Shown one piece after another: positions 28,464 through 42,389 of a stretch of 64,000 bases of DNA (the first letter of the stretch is position 1; each line of letters begins with the position of its first letter). Position numbers and translations under genes: made by a program. Below the pieces are notes generated by a model. It saw only the letters and a program-made list of their open reading frames with translations, was not told the origin of the DNA and did not search any database. The stretch lies in the NCBI GenBank assembly GCA_951406725.2, contig OX597824.1, forward strand, positions 28,148,001 to 28,212,000. Direction: 5' to 3'. This DNA comes from Octopus vulgaris (Eukaryota).

Positions 28464-28919
28464 TTTCTTGGAATCCCATTTCAGATTCCATTTTGGAAAG
28501 ACTACCATGATACACGTTTTTGTCGGATTCTGTATCTGTTTTCGTCACAGAGTATCATATTATCAAGATTGTCCTTCTACATAAATATGCTGGTGTTCGA
28601 ATTCAAAAAGTGTTAGTTTTTATTTCAAGAAGGTCTAGAAATATCTGCTGGGTGTACACAATTCACAACGTGCTCACTTTAAATTCGAAACAGTTTCGTA
28701 TTTTCAGTGGAATGTGTTCATATATCAATATATTTAAGAGAGAGAAAATATGAAAATTAGACAAAACCAAACAAATTAGACACGATGGTCGCGGATTGAA
28801 CATTGCTCAAGTGAATCGTGGGGAATCTCATTCGATACAAAAACATAAACAATACATTAAATTCAACTTACGTTGAAAGTCAACAAAGTTTGCTTTAGAA
28901 GAGTTGAAATGTACTGAAT

Positions 28920-29183
28920 GATACGGATAAGGAAATAATTTTATTCTCAAACGCAGGATAATGCTAATAATATAGCATGAACCGAATAAACTATCCATAT
29001 TTTGAAGAAAAATCTGTCGGCGGCCAGCCATGAGACTCGAACTCAAATCCCTTGACGCGTAATCACAGGGATGTAAGTTCGAGTCTCAGATTTTTTTGGA
29101 AAATATGGATAGTTTATCCTGTTCATGCTATGTTATTAACATCATCCTGCGCTTAAGAATAAAATTATTTCTTTATCTGCATC
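28920..29183. repeat. Long imperfect inverted repeat (foldback) with a tRNA-like centre
   Basis: Arms 28920-29052 and 29067-29183. ORFs on opposite strands both read MDSL..SCY.I.IILRLRIKLF.Y. Confidence 0.9.
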
Positions 29184-30004
29184 TTATAAACAACATTGTA
29201 TATGTGTGTGTTTCATGTATGCGTTTGCGTATGTGCATGTGTTTCTATGGGTGTGTATGTGTATATATGAATGTGTGAATATGTCTACTTAGAGATAAAG
29301 TCCTCGTTGCAGTATGCTGGCTTGCGTGCTACAATGATGCTGAGAGCTATGACCCATGGATACTATCTCCCATGCTGGATTGGTTAAATGATAGAGGCGA
29401 GACTTTCCAGAGAAAGGCCTTACATCAGGGAATCATAATTTCAAGAGAAAAGGGTGACCTCCGTACAGCATTGTATTCCGAACCTAGGGTAAGAGTCATC
29501 GATGGTCTACGAAACATAGAGAACCAATTGCTTAAACACAAACGAAATACATACACACGCAGGCACACAAACACGATGAGAAGAAAAGAGAGAAAGAAAG
29601 CATAAACGAAACAATGAAGGTGAGAAATCTTTTCACATAAATATATTATCATTGTGTAGATGACGGTAATCCGAGGATAATGTACACATTGTCTTTGCAT
29701 CGGGAAAACGCACAAACTATATGGAGACAAACGCTCACCTTCATATTACTAATGTACTACACAAAATATTTGACAATTCCCAGAATACTGGCATTAAATT
29801 TGACAGAAACTACAAATTTAAGCGCAATAAAGAATTATTCTGATAGAACAATTAAATTCAGCATTTAATTATGTAAGTAAACTGCAATAAATTTCTAAAA
29901 GCTGTAATAATTCCTCTAAATGTGAATCTTCATTATAACACTTACTATTTATTATCAAACCTATTATAGAAAACAATAATTTACATGTATGTATATATAT
30001 ATAA

Positions 30005-30065
<61 letters not shown>

Positions 30066-30841
30066 TAAACAAATATGTATGTATGTATGTATATTTCGCC
30101 ATTTCCCCTCGAGCTACACATACCATACGCTAATATATAGAAATATTTATTCGTGCAGACATGAAATCTAAATTATTATGGTGTGTTCTAGAGCGCTTTT
30201 GATCCCGTGTGTACATCTCAGAAGAATAGAATTTTTCGACGTATTTTCCATGCACATATTACAAGAGAATTTAACGGAAGCCCCCTCATTAAACAATATA
30301 AGACAATAGAATAAATATATAAGCACTGTGTTCCAGAAATTACACACCAGTTGCAGATACATAGTTATCTTCAATTCGTCTTCTTTTGTGTGGCTCACGT
30401 TGTTTCAGAGCTTAATAGTATTATAGGTGTTTAGACATTTAATACAGTGAGCAAGTAAAATCTAATAAAACTGTGAGACAGGTGATAACATAATTAGTGT
30501 AATGAACTACAATATTCATGTAATTAAAATTGCATATGTTGGTAAGATAAAGATTCATTAACGTAAATCGGAATTCTGGTAGAAAAAATTGCTGACATAG
30601 ACAAGGTCGATATTTTCACAATTTCAAATCAAAATAGAACGTGAACCAATATTATTTTAATAAATGTAAAAGTTCAAATAGAAAAGCAAAAACAAAAAAA
30701 AAAAAACCTAGGTAAATTAAAAATACTCGGGGCCCCATCCACAGGAAACGAAAACTTTTTAGATGAAGGCTAGTATCATAAAAGGCCTATTTAGAAATAT
30801 TTTCTCAGTGAAGAAAGCATAGTGACTAATAACTAACAGTA

Positions 30842-31838
30842 TCGGGTCATCCCATAAATAATGCGGTTTTTTTTAATATTTCTTTTATTTATCAAAATTA
30901 AGATAAACAAAGTTCTTTGTTGATGTAAAATATGAACTCCTTCATTTTCGACAATGCTCTTCCATCTATCTGGTAGACCCTAGAGACCCCACTTCCAAAT
31001 TTCACTTGTCCGTGACAAGAAAAAACTTCACTACAGTTCTGACCTGGTCTACAGAATTCATATTCTTTCCGTCAAAATGATTTTGAAGACTACGGTATAA
31101 ATGATAATCAGATAGGGCAATGCCCTGCGAATATGGTGGGTGGACATCGTTACCCATTCAAACTGTACCAGCGTTTCGAATGTCATCCTCGCTGTATTAT
31201 TCCGATGAAAGATCACCTTTCGTCTTGAAACCAAAGATGGTCGCTTTTCTTCTAATGCTGACTTGAGCCGTTAAGTTGCTGGCGGTAGATCTCCCCTGTT
31301 TGGTTTGTGTTTAAAAGTTTAAAGTGCACTGAACCTTTCATATCCCACCAAGCAGATCACAAAGTCTTGCGTGGTTGAAGATCTCCTTTAGCCTGGGGAG
31401 CCGGTGTTTCGCATTTACCTACCCACTATCTTCGTCTTCGTCGAGCTCAGCAGATCTTCCAGGGCGAGGTTCGTCTGCTAGGCAGTAGTCTCCGGCTCGG
31501 CATTTCTGGAACTACGGTTGCCACTGACTTACGCTTATTGTCCGATCCCCGTATACTACATTAATATTCCTCGCATTTTGCCTTGCGTTGTTACCTTTAT
31601 TGAACTCATAAAGCAAAATATGGTGAATGTGCTCCTTTCTCACCTCTATTGTAGCTTTGGAAAAAATATAACTGTCAAAATTGAAATGCAATCTTCAAAA
31701 CATTGAATAAGAATAAGTACAAAGTAAAATTAATACCTGCTTTTATAGAAAGGTGATGCCAGTAGTTTATACTGTCCCGCTCCGAATGTTTGTTCATGCA
31801 ATTGAAAACACCTTATTATTTATGGGATGACGTCCAAA
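30842..31838 (-). mobile_element. Decayed mariner element with both TIRs
   Basis: TIRs tcgggtcatcccataaataat and attatttatgggatgacgtcc, TA-flanked. The minus strand encodes EVRKEHIHHILLYEFNKG, and it is homologous to 32325-33470. Confidence 0.9.
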
Positions 31839-31840
31839 TA

Positions 31841-31897
31841 GTCTCTGATGACGAAATATCCCATACTCGTGGATATCCCAGAAAAAGCTGTAAAATT
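31841..31897 (+). ncRNA. Degenerate hammerhead ribozyme motif
   Basis: gtct-CTGATGA-c-gaaatatcc..ggatatccc-a-GAAA-aagct-GTA. Compare the GAAACagctGTA motif at ~62238. Confidence 0.5.
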
Positions 31898-32324
31898 TTG
31901 AATTTCTGCTTGTAATAATATTGTATACGACTTGAGAACAATTATATATCCGCTGCATCGGGAATCTGCAATGGCTCTAAAACTAACGTCTCGGCTATAA
32001 CCTTCGAGTCCCATTAATCCGTTACAGCACTTACCTAGCGTACCTAATCGATTAGATTACCAGAGAACTAAACCCCTATACTGTATATATATATATATGT
32101 GTATATGTGTGTGTGTGTGTGTGTGCGTGTACATATATATATAACAGAGAGTTTGCATGTGTGTGTTTATGTGCGTATGTTACTTATGCATTCGAAAAGT
32201 AAAATGCCGAATTTGACCTACGTGGTATCAAAAGATTCAGTAATCGTTCGGTTACCTTTGCATACTTTCTACGTTATCTTAACAACCAGTTTTATTCGAA
32301 AAACACTGCTCTACGACGAACTGA

Positions 32325-33470
32325 GTTCAATAATTATTATTTAAAAGCTATAATGGAAATGACAAAGGAGCATAATCGGCATACTTTACATTATGAGTTC
32401 AATAAAGGCAATAACGAAAGGGAAAGTGCGTGGAATATTAATGCAGGATATGGCGATCGGGGGATAAGTGCAATCCAGTCTCAAAAGTGGTTCCAGAAGA
32501 TCCGAGCCAGAAACTTCTGCATAGAAGACGAGCCTCGTCCCGGAAGAGCTGTAGAGCTGACGAGGACGTCCTGCAAACCATGGTGGAACAAAATTCCATC
32601 GTAGCTGTTGAGGGACTAGCAGAGAAGCTTGGATTTGGCCATTCAACCAGTCATTTAAGTCAGCACTGTGGAGGCGCAATGGTCCAGTGGTTAGGGCAGC
32701 GGACACGCGGTCTTAGGATCGCGGTTTCGATTCCCAGACCGGGCGTTGTGAGTGTTTATTGAGCGAAAACACCTAAAAGCTCCACGAGGCTCCGGCAGGG
32801 GATGGTGGTGATCCCTGCTGTACTCTTTCACCACAACTTTCTCTCACTCTTACTTCCTGTTTCTGTTGTACCTGTATTTCAAAGGGCCGGCCTTGTCACT
32901 CTCTGTGTCACGCTGAATAACCCCGAGAACTACGTTAAGGGTACACGTGTCTGTGGAGTGCTCAGCCACTTACGCGTTAATTTCACGAGCAGGCTGTTCC
33001 GTTGATTCGGATCAACCGGAACCCTCGTCGTCGTAACCGACGGAGTGCTTCCATCCATCCATAAGTCAGCACTAAAAGAAGAAATTACCATCTTTGGTTT
33101 CAAGAAGCGCAGTGTTCTTCCATCAGGTTAATGCTCGGCCGCATATAGCGAGAATTACATTCCAAAGGCTGGAGCAGTTTGAATGGGAAACTATGACCAC
33201 TCACCATATTTGCCGGATATTGACCCATCTGATTATCAGATTTTGCGCAGTCTTCAAAATCATTTGGGCGGAAAAAATATAAATTCTAGACGAGATCAGA
33301 ACAGTAGTGGGGGAATATTTTTCGTCACGTGCAAGTGAATTTTGGAAGAGGTGCCTTACACTTCTACCAGATAGATGGAAGAGCGTTGTAGAAATTGAAG
33401 GCGAGTATATTTTTGATTAAAAAAGAACTTTGTTTATCTTAGTTTTGAAAAATAAAAGTGTGGAAAATGC
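32325..33470 (+). mobile_element. Internally deleted mariner element interrupted by a SINE
   Basis: ORF 32353: MEMTKEHNRHTLHYEFNKG..KWFQKIRARNFCIEDEPRPGR. After the SINE: FHQVNARPHIA, and SPYLPDIDPSDY in a shifted frame. Confidence 0.92.
32668..33061 (+). mobile_element. Young SINE family A with a 12-bp TSD
   Basis: TSD taagtcagcact at 32656-67 and 33062-73, with a (CCAT)n tail. Confidence 0.95.
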
Positions 33471-34128
33471 CGGAAACTAGGTAATGTTTCGATTTGCTTC
33501 TAAAATTTCACTATCGTCCCATGATTCACGCATGCGTAGAATTCTACTCTGACAAATATTTATGAAAATTTACACATAACATTGTATCAAAATAAGCGAA
33601 AACTAAAACAATTTCATTAAAAGACACCCATTTGTCTATGTTATGCGGAAATACAGTCACTCACACTCTGTTTCAAATGTACACGCACATATATATACAA
33701 AAAAGATGTATGCATATGTATTTATGCACCTGTATATGACAGATAATGTGTATGTGTGTGCGTGTGAGAGAGAGAGAGAGAGCGAGTGCCACTTACACAT
33801 ATATGCAAAAAATACGTACGTAACAACACACGCCTTCATTCACTCTCTCTCTCTTCTCTCTCCCCGCCCACACGCACTTCCATTTTATATACACGTACAT
33901 ACATCTTTCCCTTTCTCCTCTATTTCACTTTCTCCTCTCAATTCAAAGCAAATGTCACTTTTTTACTTTCTCCTCTCTTTCAGTTTTTGTTCTCTTTAAA
34001 GCTTAAAGAAATTTAAAAAGATGCGGAATTTAGCGAACGATCATATGATCCCCTGTGATCGGCCATATGATCAAGTTGACAACTTTGTTGCTTCAAACGA
34101 AAGAATGCCATAAGATAACTTTCCTTTG

Positions 34129-34169
<41 letters not shown>

Positions 34170-35211
34170 CTAGGTAAAAGTTTATACGAATTATGATATT
34201 TCTTGCTTTGTGCCCGCGCAAATTTACAGCTCAAAACTAATTGAAATGATCATTTTCTTTTCTGTAAGTTCTGCCTTTGATGAGTCTATTTTAAAATCTA
34301 ATCATCGATATAAACTTAATAAGAAGTTTTCCTAGAAATCCTGTCCTTTACCGGTTGTTCTAGCATGCCCAAGTTGATATTTACGCCCTACCTTTATTTA
34401 TTTCTTCAATTTCGTCCGATTCCTATATTTTCGATACTGCAGAGTAGCATTTTGCCCAAAACACACGTTCTCAATATTTTAATTTCTTCAGTTTTACATT
34501 TATCTTAATTTTTACTTTTTTCCCCCAATTTTTTCTTGGTAATCCAAGGAGAAAAAGAAAAAAAAAAACACAGTACGAATCTTTAAGAATATACTTCCTG
34601 TTCTTTTTTTTTTAAAAAAAAGCAGTAAAACCTCCTTCCCAAACATCCATCCATCATCTCATCACTTTCAAAATGCTACAAACTTCTAATGTTTCACTTT
34701 TAGCCTTATGGAAAGTGGGAACGTTCTTCAGAAGCAATGTGATTTATCTGTTATTTGTATCATGTCGGGTTCTCAGGTAGTGGTCTGGTATTTTTTACGT
34801 TTGCTATTTTAGAAAAATTCTACGCATGCGCAGGAAATGAAATAAGATACTAGATATATTAACACCTAGCTCCTATTATATTTTAGCCTAGATTCAAATA
34901 AGCGCGACTGGAAGAATGAATATATATATCTCCTAAAGTTACAACTAAGAAAAGAAACCTCTGTTTATTTTAAATATCTCATTATTTTTCTTTAAATATT
35001 ACCTACTGACGATTACAAATTTGACTATTATGCTGTTTTATTTATGAATGTCGTGGTGCATTTGTGTTAAACAATTGCAGAAAAATATGAAGATAAAAAC
35101 TGAAATACATTTTAACGTTCAGTCTCCTCCATTTCATAAATATGAATGAATTTGTTGAACATCGTTTAATAAGTTGAGTCATATACTGGTTATACATACT
35201 TACATCTATAC

Positions 35212-35265
<54 letters not shown>

Positions 35266-35993
35266 TTAATATACTGTTTAAATTTATTTGCTTATTTATT
35301 TAACTAGCTTCATTAACCTGAAGATTGACTATAATTTTAATTCGAATTTTTAATTAAAAAAAATTAAAATTAAAAGTTTAAAAATTTATAAATTTAAAAT
35401 TTAAAATATAAAATTATAAAAATTTATAAATATAAATTTTAAAATTTCATATTTTAATAATTTAAATTTTAAAGTTTATATTTTATATATATTTTGTATA
35501 TTATATTAATTATATTTATTTTATGTTTTGGTTTATGTCTATCACTGTTTGAGTTGCCTAATAGTGGTTTTATCTCTAATTTATATATATATATATATGC
35601 ATGTGTGGGCAGCGAATGTCACGAAACGTGTACAACAAAATCTACGAAGAACGAGTAAATGGAATATGAACTATTTTTTCGAACAACGAAAAGCAAAATG
35701 GAAAACAAGACAAAAAACTTAAAGAATGACCCTTCATCACTTGTTGGGTGCTTTTTCTACTCTTGAATTTCTAGCATTTCACAACAAGATACGATTTCGA
35801 TAAAACAGCTGCTCCCACAATGCAAATAAAATAAAAATTGGCAATTTGCGGAGGGTCAAAAGGCTCCGAAGCCTAAACGAGGCTGTGGCGACGAACCCAT
35901 AACTCAAGCTTAGACAGGACAAAAACATCTTCCTTGACCCAGCTACAACGGAGAGAAAGAAACACAATTTAGGAGAAGAAAGGAAAATGGTCG

Positions 35994-36058
<65 letters not shown>

Positions 36059-36173
36059 ATAAATTAAATTAAATAGAGAGATACAAATGAGAATCCAATA
36101 ATTTATTTTTATTATAATACAGCATAATATACTATGAGTATTATATAATATAACAAACAATTACGTAAAAAAA

Positions 36174-36255
36174 AGCCAACAATTTGTTTCGACTTGTATA
36201 CATTTTTCGATATATAAACAATTCAATTCCCTTTTATATAAGCTTCGTCAGGGCT
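36174..36255 (-). ncRNA. Type I hammerhead ribozyme motif
   Basis: Minus strand: agcc-CTGACGA-agcttatata...tatacaagtc-GAAAC-aaatt-GTT-ggct. All three stems can form. Confidence 0.7.
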
Positions 36256-36699
36256 ATGTAGATAAACGAAATTCAGTGTGAAAGAATTGCTGGATTGTAA
36301 AAACAATTGAAATGCCTATATATTATGAGAGTGAGCGTTAGCCATTCAACTACATTTCAATTGCGTTAAAAATTTAAAAAGCAAGAAAATTATAACGGAC
36401 AAAATAATTAAGTATAATCTATAACTATAGAAATATATCTCTATATATCTCATATGATATCACTCCAAACTCGTTTATGTCTCAGACAATCTTCCGCTAT
36501 TATAATAACACAGCAATAATGTATATATATGTAATTAAGTATCAGTATCTTACTTAATCTAGAAACTGTAATAAAACGGGTAAAAAATATAAATGATTAT
36601 TATATATTTAATGTATTATAACTCTTCTATTTATTTAAAGTTATTGATATAAAAAAAATTTGTTTAAAGTAGATAATAAAAATTGTTCTATATTTATTG

Positions 36700-37839
36700 T
36701 TTATCTGAGGGAGAACAGAAAATTAACAAAAAATTATTTGTTTACTTAAATTGTCGCAGGGAAAATTGCGTAATAAATATGAAGATAATTTCAAAGCTAC
36801 AAACGCTATTACAAATTGCCGGTAGATATAGATTTAGGCTATAATAATTGTTATGAAATTATTAGCTTTTTTGATATAACGAGATTTGAAGTTACTTAAA
36901 TAAGGATTATTAGTCGTATATTATTGAAGGGAAAACTCAGTAAATATAAGTAATATAACAAAACAATATTCGAGCATTGGTCCTCGATAAGTATAATATA
37001 TTATTTAATTAAAAGACTATATGTAGTATATATCCAAATTTTATTAATTCTTATATTTATTAATCATTATATTACTAATTCATTATGAATTACATATTAC
37101 AAATAAGATGTCTTCATTATGCTAAATAATTATATGTATAAATATATTCATTTATAATTATTAATCAAGTGATGATGATTATAATATTAATAATAGTAGT
37201 AGTAGTAATAATAAATAAATAGATATTATTATTTAACTTACTAACTAAATTTAATAACCACAATAATAATTATTATATTATTATATAGTTTATAGCTTGT
37301 ATTCTTATTACAACAATATTATTATGTTACTTTGTGGAGGCACATAGCCGAGTGGTTAGAGCAGCGGACTCGCGATCGCGGGTTCGAATCTCAGACCGGG
37401 TGATGTGTGTGTATATGAGCGAAAACACCTAAGCGCCACGCGGCTCTGGAAGAAGGTAATGGCGAACTTCTTCTGACTCTTTCGCTACAACTTTCTCTCC
37501 CAGGTTCCTCTTTCAGCTCACCTCCGACGAACCGGTGGAGAAACTATACGCCAAGGAAACCGGGAAACCGGCCCTTATGAGAGAGGTGTGGTTCGAGAAG
37601 GAACAAACAACAACAATAATATGTTACTTATAAAAAAAATAAATAAAATTGGGATATTTAAGCAGCTTCACATCTCGTTATTACTTATTTAAGTAACTTC
37701 AAATCTCGTTATTTCTGAAAAACTTGTAACATTTTGATATCCATTATTAAAGCCTAAATATATATATATATACGTGGTATTTCTATAATAATGTTTGTAG
37801 CTCTAAATTTATCTATTACGGAATTTTCCCTCAGATAAA
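36700..37839. mobile_element. AT-rich foldback/MITE-like element with long inverted arms
   Basis: 36700-36904 is an inverted copy of 37684-37839, including a 28-bp perfect block taacgagatttgaagttacttaaataag. Confidence 0.7.
37333..37619 (+). mobile_element. SINE family A (tail variant 3) with a 10-bp TSD
   Basis: Family A head, tail ..gagaaggaacaaacaacaac, and TSD tatgttactt at 37323-32 and 37620-29. Confidence 0.88.
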
Positions 37840-38005
37840 AAAAAAACATTACTGTTACGTATTTCTTCATGTAACCGTATAGAGGTTAAGTACCTTCAGT
37901 CACGAGATTACGACGAGTCACCTATACTTCTAATTGCTTTAGAGATGCGATACCAATGGTTACTATATGACCAGCCATAACTTTTAACTTCCTAATATAT
38001 ATATA

Positions 38006-38405
38006 CTTTTATTGCTTTATCCTTTTATTTGTTTCAGTCATTTGACTGCGGCCATGCTGGAGCACCACCTTTAGTCGAGCAAATCGACCCCAGGACTTAT
38101 TCTTTGTAAGCTTAGTACTTATTCTATCGGTCTCTCTTGTCGAACCGCTAAATGACGGGGACGTAAACACACTAGCATCGGTTGTCAAGCGATGTTGGGT
38201 GTACAAACACAAACACACAAACATATACACACACATACATATATATATGTATATACATATATACGACAGGCTTCTTCACTCACAAGGCTTTGGTCAGCCC
38301 GAGGCTAGAGTAGAGGACACTCGCCCAAGGTGCCACGCAGTGGGACTGAACTCAGAACCATGTGCTTTGTAAGCAAGCTACTTACCACACGGCCACTCCT
38401 ACACC
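38006..38405 (-). mobile_element. SINE family B, near full length
   Basis: Reverse-complement match to 55832-56236. Confidence 0.92.
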
Positions 38406-38462
38406 TATAGTATATATATATACTGTATATATGCTATATGTATACGTACATATATATATAAA

Positions 38463-38523
<61 letters not shown>

Positions 38524-38539
38524 TATGTATACATATATA

Positions 38540-38585
<46 letters not shown>

Positions 38586-38603
38586 CATATATATACACAC
38601 ACT

Positions 38604-38645
<42 letters not shown>

Positions 38646-39099
38646 TGTATGTATTATAACGATTGATGGTCATGAATGGAATGTCTTTAATCCTAGTTTT
38701 GCTCGATCGAATGTTGACCGAGGGCTGAGCAGGAACAACGATGACAACCCACGCATCCATCGTCGTAAAATAAAAAAAAAAAACAACAACATAAATACCA
38801 TAATGTAAACAATCAACTAATTGAAGCTAATGTATTGGAAGCAATAAATCAACACGAAACGGGAAAAATTCAATGGACTTTCAGATATTCTGACAACAAC
38901 AACGGCAGCAGCAGCAGTAGCAGCGGTAGCAGCAGCAGCAGCAGCAGCAATTACCGGAGTAAGAGCTGTAGTGGCAGCGCTAACAACAACAACAACAACA
39001 ACCACAACGCTTACTACAAGTCCAGTGACGTAAAAGAGAAAAAAATGTGTGCGAAAATAGTACTATTCATAATATCATGAGCATGTCTGCGAGTAAATT

Positions 39100-39117
39100 T
39101 TAGTAGTAGTAGTTGTT

Positions 39118-39185
<68 letters not shown>

Positions 39186-39228
39186 CGTTGTTGTAGTAGT
39201 AGTAGTAGTAGTAGTAGTAGTCGTTGTT

Positions 39229-39311
<83 letters not shown>

Positions 39312-39400
39312 TGTAGTAGTAGTAATAATAGTAATAGTAGTAGTAGCAGAAGCAGTTCTAGTAGTAGTTATAGTAGTAGTAGTTATAGAAGTAGTAGTTA

Positions 39401-39459
<59 letters not shown>

Positions 39460-39598
39460 AGACTAATAGAAATAATATTAATAGTGAAGATGTAGAAGAA
39501 GAAGAAGAAGAAGAAGAAGAAGAAGAAAAGGAAAGAGAAGAAAAAGAAGAAGAAGAAGAAGAAGAAGAAGAAGAAGAAGAAGAAGAAGAAGAAGAAAA
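39100..39598. repeat. (TAG)n followed by (GAA)n microsatellites
   Basis: Direct reading. Confidence 0.97.
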
Positions 39599-40127
39599 TG
39601 ATATAGAAATATCATGGTGTTCATCCCCATCCTCCGCAGTAGCAGCAGCAGCAGCGGCAACAACAATGACAACTACCACAGCGACAGAAACAATAATAAT
39701 AAAAACAGCAAGGTCAGCAATACGAACACAAAATGTACGACGGCATCGCCGATGATTGTAACAATGCAACGAGAAGGCGCCATTGCACAAAATAATCAAA
39801 GAAGACGTTAAAATGCGATCGATGGCAGTGTAAGAAAATGTGTGCTAATCAAGAACGATAAATCTGTTCAATTAGTCTTCTATTCCAAGGTTAACCTGAG
39901 ATTAAACAAATCGATGGCTATCAGCTGCAACGGCTAACACTTGAATGCTGAGTTTCCTGTCAAATAATACTCAATACTTAATTTGTTGTTATCTCCCCTT
40001 TTTACAATTGAGTTGCTCACAATTGGCTCTAGACGCTTCTGAAAATTTCATTCACTAGCTAAGAGGTAAATTTCAATTAATTTAGAAAATATTTGCTTAC
40101 CTCATTCAGTGCGACGTTACCTATCAA

Positions 40128-40620
40128 AGCCACGGAATGCATATCCCTTTACAGCAAACACATCAAAGACCTGACGCAAGTAAAACGTCTGCATCTGTGC
40201 TCTATCTTGCATGTGAGATGGCAGGATCGCATTTCTGATGTAGAGAACCTGCCCTGAACTGGATTTGCGCAGTTAGTGTGGAGGCTATCATTACCACATC
40301 GCAGTTGCGATGGGCGGGAAACTTTGCAGGACAGTGGTTGGCAGGTGCCGAAATGCAGTTTTTTCGCTGAATTGGGCCAAAGCAGGCAGAACCGTGGTGG
40401 CCAGTATTCGTGATACACGGATGTGTTGAAAATATATATGAAGAACTTCCCAGACACCTGGGAGGAGAAGGATACCAATCGCTGAAGCTGGTAATCCCAG
40501 CCATTGAGCAAAAACAACAAACAGAACAAGAAGCAGCAGATGAGAGGCGTTGCTTCTCCGTTGCGTCAAGTAGCTACACCTACAGCATATGTCATGATCA
40601 AAATCATACCTTGTTGCCCA
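40128..40620 (+). mobile_element. RTE-clade LINE fragment (C-terminal to the RT core)
   Basis: Across frameshifts: LYSKHIKDL..LCSILHVRWQDRISDVE..SVEAII..QLRWAG..FFAELGQ..RGGQ..DVLK. These match the RTE motifs WQDRI.N.EVL, QLRWAGH and RGGQ.KRYKD. Confidence 0.8.
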
Positions 40621-41824
40621 GATTCGAGGCCCGTTAGAGATTATTTTTGAACAAGAAGAGTCAACGTCGACAAAAGACAGACAGACGAAGACATATCTAA
40701 GTAATTATATATGAAGTAACGGAAACCACTTTCTTATTCGCTCTCTTTTTCTTTCCTTGCTTTTTGTTATATAGCCACACGCAAGGAATTATGCCTGTCG
40801 GAGTGTTAATTTTCAAACTCACCGAAACTGAATTGAAGTAGTATTAAATTCCCGAGCATCAATTTTTTTTTCCTGAATGAACTACAGCAGAGTGGGTTTA
40901 TCTAATGGTAGCCAAAGGCACAAATTAGTGTTAATCTGAGGGAAATAGCCTGTGTAGACTAACAGCAGAGGGAATAGAATTTAAATGTTTATTCCACAGT
41001 TAAAACAAGTTGAATCTGATTTTAAAAGGGAAAGGAAATGGAAAATGAAATACGGAATTCGAATTAAACTTGTTACGAAATGTTACTAGATGGAACATGA
41101 TAGAAATAGAAACAAGATCTGATCATCTTCAGATCTCACAAGTAATTAGAATATATATCTAGTTTTGTGCCGTGTTAAAATTAATTGTGTTTCTTATTTC
41201 TTTTTTGCTCACAAGGGGCTAAACATAGAGGGGACAAACAAGGATAGACAAAGGGATTGAACGATTAGATCGACCCAGTGCGTAACTGGTACTTAATCAC
41301 GATAGATATCCGAAATAGACGAAACTTAGCGTTAGCTGCAGTGAGCCTCTTGGAATCTTTTCAGTGATGCGTATTCGCAACTAGCGAAATATCGTCTCAT
41401 TCCGATATTCTCATTGGAAATATATACAGGTGCAGGCGTGGCTGAGCGGAAAAGAAGATTGGTTACCAACCATATGATTCTGTGTTCAGTCGCATTGTGT
41501 GACATACTGGGCAAGTGTCTTTTACTATATCTTCGAGCCGACCAAAGCCTTGGTAGGCACAAACTGAAAGATGCTCGTAATAGTGTGCCTCACGGGACGA
41601 GAGTTTTGTGCGTTGGCACTTATCAAATTAGTGCCAATGCACGACAGCCTCCAAGTCAAATTTTAATGTGAAAAATATGAATGAAGCTCTAATTTTTGCA
41701 TGGAAAAAATTGAGGTTCCAAATATTCTTTGAAAAAAAAAAGCCATTTTTTTTTTTTTTTTCATATTCAATTCTTCAGATATTTTTATGCATGTGTGTGC
41801 ATCGGCGTATGGGTTTAATTGTGT

Positions 41825-42057
41825 TTCTTATTTCTTTATTGCTCACAAGGGCCTAAACATATAGGGGGACAAACAAGGACAGACAAAGGGATTAAACGAT
41901 TAGATCGACCCAGTGCGTAACTGGTACTTAATTTATCGACGCCGAAAGGATGAAAGGCAAAGTCGACCTCGGCGCAATTTGAAATCAGAACGTAACCGCA
42001 GACGAAACACCGCTAAGCATTTCGTCCGGTGTGCTAACGTTTCTGCCAGCTCGCCGC
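41825..42057 (-). mobile_element. SINE family C
   Basis: Full body and head. A partial duplicate with the same flank lies at 41181-41297. Confidence 0.88.
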
Positions 42058-42062
42058 TTTAC

Positions 42063-42352
42063 TTGTGTTTTTCTCTGTCTGTCTGTCTGTCTGTCTCTCT
42101 GTCTCTCTCTCTCTCTCTCTTTATCTCGCTATCTCTCTCTGTTCTCCTGCAACTGTTTGTCAGTCTTTTTCTTTCTGTCTCTCTCTCTCTCTGTTTCTCT
42201 CTCTTTTCCTCTGTGTTTGTCAGTCTTTCTCTTGATGTCCCTCTCTTTCTCTCTCTCTGTTTTTCTCGCTATCTCTCTCTGTTCTCCTGCAATCGTTTGT
42301 CAGTCTTTCTCTTGATGTCTCTATCTCTCTCTGTGTTTCTTTCTCCTCCTGT

Positions 42353-42389
<37 letters not shown>

